From Octopus vulgaris (Eukaryota): a DNA stretch of 64,000 bases. This document shows positions 54,200 through 64,000 of the stretch, piece after piece; the stretch's first letter is position 1; each line of letters starts with the position of its first letter. The notes under the pieces are model-generated. The model searched no databases. It saw only the letters and a list, made by a program, of their open reading frames with translations, and was not told where the DNA came from. The stretch spans positions 5,270,001-5,334,000 of the forward strand of contig OX597817.1 of assembly GCA_951406725.2 (NCBI GenBank), in the 5' to 3' direction. Both the position numbers and the translations under genes were made by a program.

Positions 54200-54234
54200 T
54201 AGGAGTAGTAGTAGTAGTAGTGGTAGTAGTAGTG

Positions 54235-54295
<61 letters not shown>

Positions 54296-54428
54296 AGTAG
54301 CGGTGGTGGTCGTGGTCGTGGCAGTAGTAGTAGTAGTAGTAGTGGTGGTGGTGGTGGTGGTGGTGGTGGTGGTGGTGGTGGTAGTAGTGGTGGTGGTGGT
54401 TGTTGTCGTTGTCGTCGTCGTCGTCGTG

Positions 54429-54462
<34 letters not shown>

Positions 54463-54465
54463 CTA
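54200..54465. repeat. (GTA)n/(GTG)n/(GTC)n trinucleotide tract
   Basis: Directly visible; source of the poly-Val ORF. Confidence 0.95.
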
Positions 54466-55655
54466 TTACATCAGTTCTAGTAACAGTAGTAGATTTAACT
54501 GCGCATCATCCAAAGGCTATACAGTAACGACAGCAAACAACACGAAAACAGCAGCATCACCACCACCAACAACAACAGCATGATTCTCAGCAACAACTAC
54601 AACAACAACAACAACTACAACAACTACAACAACAACAACAACAGCTGAAACAACAGCACAGCAAGAATCAAACAGCTCCCTATAGACCGACATTGTGTTG
54701 TAAACTTTTCTTTGGTAATATCTCTAGTGTAACTGCATCTGCCAAAACCAATTTTTACGTTATTATCTGGAGAAAAGCTGTCTCTGTAATTCATTGATGG
54801 TTACTATGTCTGTATATTAGCCCGCAATATACATACGTACATAGACACATACATGCACCCCTCCACACACATATATATATAATACAAACGCATGCGTACA
54901 GATAGGTAGATTAAGAGATTACATACAAACACATACTTACAAAGTGTATATCACACTTTATACTGAATGTAAAGTTTACTATTTAGAAGTATCGGCTTGT
55001 GTGTTCTATACACAGAGAGGTACGTATTCAAGTTTGTGTGGGCTTGCGTATAAATAAATGTATCTATCTTATTTACCTGTTTCTAGTCCTCTTCATTACA
55101 CCTTTCTCTCTCTATTTCTCTCTTGTAATTCTGGTCATATCTATCTATCATATATATATATATATATAAGTTGCACATCAGTGTATTAATACTGGATTTA
55201 AAATTTATTGGAAAATCTTTTACTGTTTATTTCTTGGTTTCCGTTTGTTTTCTTATTTCTATATTATCATTCTCCGAATTAATGTTCATTTTATTTCTGC
55301 GTCTGGTTATCTATTGAAGGCATGACTGTCTGAATATGAAGTTTGGTTCACTATTGTGCTGAACCTATTTCAATCTCAAAACATTGCTACCGCATCACTT
55401 TTCTGGGGTTTTTTTTGGTTTTTTTAAATACTTTTTTTTTACTTTTTATGGCTTCGGGTTAACAAATAACTTGCTGATGAAATTTAGAGAACTCAAACAG
55501 TGGAGAAACCCTATATATATAATCCTGTATTTCTTCTCCTCTTTAAATCTATGTTCCAAAGGCAACTTTGAAACGCAAGGACGATATCATTAACAAAAAT
55601 TCCCAAAGTCATTGACCTAGTATATATGAACATTCACACGTATAGATACGTGTGT

Positions 55656-55701
<46 letters not shown>

Positions 55702-55869
55702 AATGTTGATTAGTTCTTTCTTAGTTCCAAAACGTAAACAGAATTCTTCTGAGAACCCCATTGTTTTTCATTAGTGTGGCGACTCGAATCGTAGATGAAG
55801 GAAGTTCACTTACTTCTCTATATCACATTTAATCTCTCCAATGAATGAAGATAAGGATCCTATATATAC

Positions 55870-55943
<74 letters not shown>

Positions 55944-56185
55944 GTACATACACATATATATATACATATATATATTCACACATATATATATACATATATA
56001 TACATTCATATATACATATATATATATATATATATACATATATGTACATATATATATATACATGTATATACATATATATACATATACATACACACATATA
56101 TATAAAGATAGATATGGCCAGTCTATGGGGTTAAGAGCGCCAGCATAATCATCATTATCGTCAACAGCTTTACTGACCTGAGTCT

Positions 56186-56384
56186 GAGGACTCTCAGGAC
56201 AAGTTATTCAGTTTCTATGGCATATTAAGTAACTGAAATTATAAAATGTCCCTTAAATGGAATGTCAGTCCATTGCAGAGTTACTCATTTACAAGTGGAC
56301 TGGAGTAATGTGAAATGAAGTATTGTGCTCAAGAATACAAATCACTAGTCCAGGAATTAAAACCATGGCTTCCAATCATGAGTG
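56186..56384 (-). mobile_element. Degenerate SINE, same subtype as 10473-10707
   Basis: gttactcatttacaagtggactggagtaatgtgaaatgaagtattgtgctcaagaataca. Confidence 0.55.
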
Positions 56385-56477
56385 GTTGTTGACAAATTTT
56401 TCCGATTTATTAGGCTAATTTACCCAAAGTTTCTACTGTTCTAATGGCGATTCTGCGTTCGAAAATAAATTATCATG

Positions 56478-56517
<40 letters not shown>

Positions 56518-57747
56518 CTGTGCGTGTGTGTGTGTGTGTGTGCATAAAATATAAATTAGAGATAAAACCACTATTATGCAACTCAAACAGTGATAGACAT
56601 AAACTAAATCATAACAAATAAAATATATTTTTATAAAACATATAACTAGATCTCAAAAAGTATAAAAATGAATAATCAATACATAAAGTTAAAAAAACTA
56701 TGTGTGTTTCAAGGCTACAATTAAATTCGAAATACAACTAAATTTAATTTTAATTGAAATGAATTCAATTTAAAATTATAGTCAATCTTCAGGTTAAAAA
56801 TAATAGTTAAATAAAAAAGCAAATAGAGTTAAACAATATTTATTTAAAAAATAAATAAAATAATAATTTATCTTATAGAAGAAAGTCTATTAACTAAATC
56901 TGAAACTTAAAACATTAGGATTATTTTCTACAACACATTTATCATGTTAAATATTAAATATTTAAGGTTAAAAAAGTAACGTAAATAGATAGAGATATGT
57001 ATTTGTCTGTGAAGATAAATTTAGCTTAAAAAACATTAATAAACTATAGAATATCTTTAATTCAGTTATTCTCCAATATTTAATTACCAAATTATTTAAC
57101 AAAATAATGACTATTAATATTTTTAGATTTTAGTTCGCATATAATAATTATAAAATAATAAATACATAAAAATATGTGTCTAAATTATAATCAACAAATA
57201 TAGTTATTAAAATCTAATTTTTTTTCTATCAATAAATGTATAAACATATAACCAAAAATAAATTAGTCCATTATTACTTCCATAGTTACATATTATAGAT
57301 ATCTATAGAAAATATTTATGAAATACAATTTAAAAATTGAAAAATTCAAATTAAAAACGTATAGTCTATCTTTTTAAAATACTTATTATTACTATTATCA
57401 AAAACATTTTTACGATCTATATTGGAAAGTGACTAGCTAATATGTTAAATTTTACATTCAGATATAATAATTATAATCTAATGTACATTAAATAAATGTA
57501 CATATCTAAGTTATCATTAACAAATAAAAAAAATTATAAATTCAAATTTAACAATCAATAGTTATATAGAATACAATAATTTTTCTTAAATAAAAGAGTT
57601 TATCTCTCAAAACGCGTGTCATTAATTAAAAAGTTTCAAAACGGGAAACGTCTTTTTAAGCGTTTATAAAAACTCGTGGAATTATGCTCCCTAATATTAT
57701 GTGTGTGTGTGTGTATTTATTTATTTATTCATTTATTTATTTATTTA

Positions 57748-57993
57748 TTAGGTCATCCCATAAATAATGCAGTATTTTCAAGTGCATGAACTTAAAGTCG
57801 GAGAGGACAGGATAAACTACCTGCATCAACTTGCCATAAGAGCAGGTAGTAATTTTACCTTCTACCTATTCTTAGTCCACGTTTTGAAGAGGGAAACTGT
57901 AATGAAATGACAAAGGAGCATATTAGGCATATTTTATTTTATGAGTTCGATAAAGGCAACGACACCACGGAACGTGCGAAGAATATTAATGCC
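57748..57993 (+). mobile_element. Mariner 5' fragment (one TIR and transposase start)
   Basis: ttaggtcatcccataaataatgc TIR-like start after TA; from 57907 MTKEHIRHILFYEFDKGNDTTERAKNINA (Hsmar/Mos1-type N-terminus). Confidence 0.8.
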
Positions 57994-58591
57994 ACACAAA
58001 CCATGAAGGGACCGAACACTCTACATTACTGTTTAGAACATAAATAAAATTATATATATACGACAAGATTCTACACTCTTCCGTCAATCGAATTCCACCC
58101 TCAAAAATATAAGAAGCTATAATGGAAGTGACTTCCCTTGAATGCAGTGGAATCGAACCTAAGATGCAGAGAACGTCGTCATCATATAAGAATGCTTGCA
58201 CCTGAAGATGTTGCAAATTTATGTTATCATCTCATATTTTATACTCTTTCACAATATTTGTAATAAAAAATGTTCCTATTCCTTCTCTATAGAGTTATGT
58301 GTCATTCACTATAGAGATTTTAATTATTATTTCTCATTGTTGGAGATGTGTAGCTGTTTTAAATACCTTCTGCTATTTTGTTCACATATATTGATCTTGC
58401 TAAGAATACAATGTCTACTAGAGTTGAGTAAGTTGGTGAATCCTGTCTTAAGACGTGATATTTAGTCATTATAAAACTATTTTTGTTTTGATAATTTTCA
58501 TATATGCATTTAGTGTATAATTTCTAGTGGTATCTTTGATTAATCACAGGATTTTATGACTCAGAGAAAAAAAGAATCCATTAAATAACCT

Positions 58592-59010
58592 CCTATTTCT
58601 TTACTACCCACAAGAGGCTAAACACAAAGAGGACAAACAAGGACAGGCAAACGGATTAAGTCGATTGTATCGACCCCAGTGCATAACTGGTACTTATTCA
58701 ATCGAGCCCGAAAGGATGAAAGGCAAAGTCGACCTCGGCGGAATTTGAACTCAGAACGTAACGGCAGAAGAAATACCTATTTCTTTACTACTCACAAGGA
58801 GCTAAACACAGAGAGAACAAACAAGGACAGACAAACGGATTAAGTCACTTATATCGACCGCAGCGCGTAACTGGTACTTAATTTATCGACTCCGAAGGGA
58901 TGAAGGGCAAAGTCGACCTCGGCGGAATTTGAACTCAGAACATAACGGCAGACAAAATACAGCTACGCATTTCGCCCGGCGTGCTAACGTTTCTGCCAGC
59001 TCACCGCCTT
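58592..59010 (-). mobile_element. SINE family C with tandemly duplicated body, flanked by 20-bp direct repeats
   Basis: Units 58592-58776 and 58777-58958; flanks tccattaaataacctcctat at 58577-58596 and 59010-59029. Confidence 0.9.
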
Positions 59011-59965
59011 CCATTAAATAACCTCCTATCATGTCTTTTTAAAGGGAACCCTACAAAACGTGAGGTTAGATGCATTAAGCTCGGGAATCACATGAGATAA
59101 TCATGGGTAGCAAACTGGGGTGTAAATAATAATGTAAGTATCAAATATATCAGCTGTCTATCGCCAGAGCCAACCATTAGCCTTTGCATATTTCTTCAGT
59201 AAAATAGCTTGAAATTCATAGACATCTGTGACAGCTGCATGATGTCACTGTCATCATGATGTTGGAAAGTTTTGGGGTTTGTTTTTTTTAACCGTAGATA
59301 TGTGCATCAGCTGTTTGCAATAAATAAAAATTGTTCGTAATAACTGTTGGTAATTTTTACTCAACACACTTGCTCCGACGCTTTTCATGGTGTGAAAGTG
59401 AAATAATAGATGCAAACTTTTAAGTCTACTTGAAATTCACTGCAGTTGTAAATACAAGTCTCTATTATAGTAACGCTGCCTATGAATAGGTATCGTTTAC
59501 CGTTGTAAGCTGCAGTAACACTATTCAGAATTACTACATCCAGTATATCCCTTTTTGAAACGGAAGTATCAAGTTTTAATGAGATCCGGTGTGTAATCCT
59601 AGTAGGCTTTGCGAACGCAGCTACGAGCATCTCAATGAAGTACAAGCGCCAAGGAAAAAATGGAGAGAAAAGAGCTTACATACCCTACTGTATTTATCTC
59701 TGAAGACTTGAATTTACAGAATGATTCTCACCTAGGACGATGCAAGATGTAGCGGGAACTACATATCTGTGTGTAATGCTAAGTCTTTCGGCTGGCTAAC
59801 CTTTGTACAGTTGCACCAGATCTGTTTAGTCAAAGTGACTCCGGTACTTCACGAGAACGGTGAGAACATATGTAACGACAATATTACATAACTAACAATG
59901 GTTAACTTAGGTGATTATTGCTTGGTGAGCCATGACATTTAACAGGTCTGCTTCTTGGAGAAAGA

Positions 59966-60296
59966 AGGGCCCCCTTCGGTCATGAAATACTATAGGATTG
60001 CACCTTGAAAGTTTCCTTCCGAGGGGCAAGTCCAGGTAAGATTGTTTATGGAAGACCAGCAGTCACTCATGCATACCAGCCTCCCCTCTCCACGCCACTG
60101 ATGTTGTCCGAGGGAAAGGCAAAGGCCGATACATCTTGGCACCAGTGACGTCGCAGCTCATTCCTACAGCTGAGTAGACTGAAGCAATGTGAAGTAAAGT
60201 ATCTTGCTTAAGAGCTCAACACATAGCACGGTCTGGGAATCGAACTCACCACCTCAAGATTGTGAGTCCGATACTCTAATCACTGAACCATGAGAC
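59966..60296 (-). mobile_element. SINE family B
   Basis: Colinear with 19056-19394. Confidence 0.87.
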
Positions 60297-60843
60297 ATTT
60301 GGGATATACTTCACTAATGAGTATTCTCCAATATAATGCATGTATCTTAGTTAATTGATAACTAATATCAGAGTTAATAATCTTTTCATCGAAAATGTCT
60401 ATTAACTATCTTCTGGCTTTAAGAAAATGACAAGTCGGGACTTGTTAATTTAGTATCGAACACCGAGCTTGGTTCCTTTCACCAAAACTCTATCTTGTTA
60501 TGTCCAAAATTGACTTATCTTTCAAAAGCTGACGCATCATAGATCTATGTTGATACAACTGGCCCTAGAGATCATTAGTGGTACCAGTCAAAATGGTAGG
60601 AAATTGCAAAGGATAGCATTGAATTTTAATGTTTTTTTTAGTTCCATTGTTGACAGATTTCAGCCAAACTTCGGAAATCTGTTCGAGAGTTGACTTGTCT
60701 TTCATCTTTGAATGCTATTAAGCGTGACCAAAGAAACCATTGTGAATTACAAAATGAACCGTTGTGTCTGTGTGTATGGCTGTGTGTAGTTATGTACATA
60801 CGCCTCTTTCTCATTCTTTCTCTCTTTCACTCCTTCATTATCT

Positions 60844-60847
<4 letters not shown>

Positions 60848-60887
<40 letters not shown>

Positions 60888-61169
60888 GCGCAGATACACA
60901 CAGATATACATACAAACATACATACATACATACATACATACATGCATACATACATACAAACATACATACATACATACATGCATGCTTACATACATACATA
61001 CATACATACATTCATACATACATACATACATGCATTCATACATACATACATACATACATACATACATACATTCATACATACATACATACATACATACATA
61101 CATACATACATACATACATTCATACATACATACATACATACAAACATACATACATACATACATGCATGC

Positions 61170-61200
<31 letters not shown>

Positions 61201-61940
61201 CATACATACATACATACATACATACATACATACATACATACATACATACATACATACATACATACACACATACATACATACATACATACATACATACATA
61301 CATACAAACATACATACATACATACATGCATGCTTACATACATACATACATACATACATTCATACATACATACATACATACATACATACATACATACATA
61401 CATACATACATACATTCATACATTCATACATACATACATACATACATACATACATACATACATACTTACATACATACATACATACATACATACATTCATA
61501 CATACATACATACATACATACATACATACATACATACATACATACACACATACATACATACATACATACATACATACATACAGACATACATACATACATA
61601 CATACATTTATACATACATAAATACATACATACATACATGCATACATACATGCATGCATACATACATACATACATACATACATACATACATACATACATA
61701 CATACATACATACATGCATACATACATACATACATACATACATACATACATACATACACACACACATACATACATACAACCATACATACATACATACATA
61801 CATACATACATACATACATACATACATACATACATACACACACACACATACATACATACATACATACATACATACATACATTCATACATACATAAATGCA
61901 TACATAAATACATACATACATACATACATACATACATACA
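60848..61940. repeat. ~1.1-kb (TACA)n microsatellite with recurring variant units
   Basis: Directly visible; blocks such as aaacatacatacatacatacatgcatgcttacatac recur. Confidence 0.97.
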
Positions 61941-62224
61941 CTCTGGTCTCACTTTTGCCTATGCCTGTGTTTTACAATGACAATGCATTCTGATACCAGA
62001 TATGGTAAAATACCAATATATTTCTAGGGTAGGTGAAGCACTCATTAATCAGCATAATGTTGGGTTACAGGTCAAAATGCCAATATCTGCATTGAATGCT
62101 GAACTATATTTAAAACAAAAACAATTATTCTAATAATGCTCTTCGTATATCAATAAACAACTACACATTCAGGGATAACTTCCATTGTTATATACAGGAG
62201 GGAATATGAGATTATGTGCGGGTT

Positions 62225-62480
62225 CGGATGTTAAATTCTTTTCTACAAAGGATTGTCTTTCCTATTTATTCGGGGCGATGTTTTTCCTTCATCGACCACT
62301 TAATACCGCCATAGTTGGAGGTATCTATTTCACGTTTTCGGAGATGTTTATACAAGTTTGCTTTATTGTGAAGTTTAGGTCAGTCTGCTTTTTTCCCCCC
62401 CATTCAGTGGTCAACTATACCGCATTGTTAATAGTTGTGGTGAAAGTTATTATTCAAATTATGTACTCAGATCTGTTCGT
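62225..62480 (-). mobile_element. Possible Penelope-like GIY-YIG C-terminal remnant
   Basis: Minus strand ANLYKHLRKREIDTSNYGGIKWSMKEKHRPE*IGKTILCRKE resembles the LSxxIWxLK..Y.IKW..CxLCxxE tail also seen at 33720-33860. Confidence 0.35.
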
Positions 62481-62994
62481 TATTAAAACTTGTGAAGTGA
62501 CAGGCAGTCTATGAGAAAGTTCCGTAAACACTGACATTAAATGGATTCCTGAATAGGCGTTCGCTTAATCGGTCATTCATACTCAAGATGCGAGTGACAG
62601 CTATTGTATACGATGAAGATATAATAATAGAGGTTTCGGGTTTTGTTTATATAATAGTTAATTACATTAGTTTCTGGCACGCTACATTATTCTTGCTTGT
62701 AAATCAACATCACTATCAAATGAGCATCACATGGTAGAGCGAAAATAAATTATACCCTACCCTAGAGAGAGCTTTAGATTTTGTGAAACTTTCTCACACA
62801 AATGATAACTTACACTTGATGTCATTATTACTTTTATTATTATTTCGTCGTCTCTACATACATCTTGTTCAATTCTATATTCCAATTACCGGCCTTCTCG
62901 GTCGCCTTGCAAGGAATGATTTTTGTCTGAGGGGATTAAATACCTTTGTCAATCTACAACAGTATATATTCCTACATTCTTTTTCCTGTTTGCT

Positions 62995-63029
<35 letters not shown>

Positions 63030-63078
63030 AATACGCATACATTTATACACGCACACATATATCTCTCTATCTATATAT

Positions 63079-63138
<60 letters not shown>

Positions 63139-63181
63139 ATATATATATATAACTCTATATATATAGCTATGCATATATATT

Positions 63182-63230
<49 letters not shown>

Positions 63231-63495
63231 TTACACACACTAGTGTGTGTGTGTGTGTGTGTAAATCCTTTACTATTTAGCTTCGCTTCTTGTTCAGTTT
63301 ACAGTAATGCTATTGTAGGTTATTATTCTGTCTTCGTCTATAAAACTCAGTCGTCGTATATCCCAGCGCATAGAAATTGTATAGTTTTGTGTGTTAGGCT
63401 CTAATATATGTTTATAACATCTTCCCAAATTACCCCATTCTAACTTCCTTTCATTCCCATCTCCCTTTTTTATTTTCCCCATACTATCACACATT

Positions 63496-64000
63496 ATGTA
63501 TGTAAGTATGTATGTATTTACGTACGTATGTACGTATGTATGTACGTATGTATGTACGTATGTATGTACGTACGCATGTATGTATGCATGAATGTATGTA
63601 TGCATGAATGTATGTATGTATGTATGTATGTATGTATGTATGTATGTATGTATGTATGTATGTATGTATGTATGTATGTATGCATGAATGTATGTATGTA
63701 TATATGTATGTGTGAATGTATGTATGTACGTATGTATGTACGTACGCATGTATGTATGCATGAATGTATGTATGTATGTAATTATGTATGTGTGAATGTA
63801 CGTATGTACGTATGTATGTACGTATGTATGTACGTACGCATGTACGTACGCATGTATGTATATATATATGTGTGTATGTATGTATGTGTGTATGTATGTA
63901 TGTACGTACGCATGTATGTATGTATGTATGTATGTATGTATGTATGTATGTGTGTGTGTGTATGTATGTATGTATGTATGTATATATGTATGTATGTATG
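63496..64000. repeat. (TATG)n microsatellite
   Basis: Directly visible. Confidence 0.97.

Noticed and set aside
55470-55510. CTGATGA hammerhead-like start (similar partial motifs near 29618-29650, 30073-30095 and 11015-11070)
   Set aside because: No convincing stem II or GAAA partner; too decayed to call
60690-61980. Long ORFs (up to 401 aa) of HTYI/MYVC repeats, and similar IY/VC/LSIY ORFs across the window
   Set aside because: Translations of stop-free microsatellites; no coding complexity

Overview
AT-rich, microsatellite-saturated eukaryotic DNA. The repeat content resembles a cephalopod (Octopus-like) genome, which is inference. I found no intact host gene; almost all long ORFs in the track are translations of (TA)n, (TACA)n, (CA)n or (TAGA)n repeats. 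Retroelements: CR1/L2-group LINEs (one with an uninterrupted ~800-codon EN-RT frame), R4/Dong-like LINE remnants, Penelope-like (PLE) remnants and at least three tRNA-headed SINE families. DNA transposons: Tc1 and mariner relics, a hAT element with a perfect 8-bp TSD, GGATC-ended MITEs and non-autonomous Helitrons. There is also a probable MRPS9 pseudogene fragment. The most notable signal is a set of type I hammerhead ribozyme motifs: three with intact core and stems, plus several variants. They mostly sit in short non-coding modules embedded in (TA)n tracts, some with PLE-type inverted/direct terminal duplications. Other notable structures: a SINE rearranged into a double inverted duplication, a MITE that appears to have co-moved about 195 bp of neighbouring DNA, and a 3' motif shared between LINEs and SINEs.
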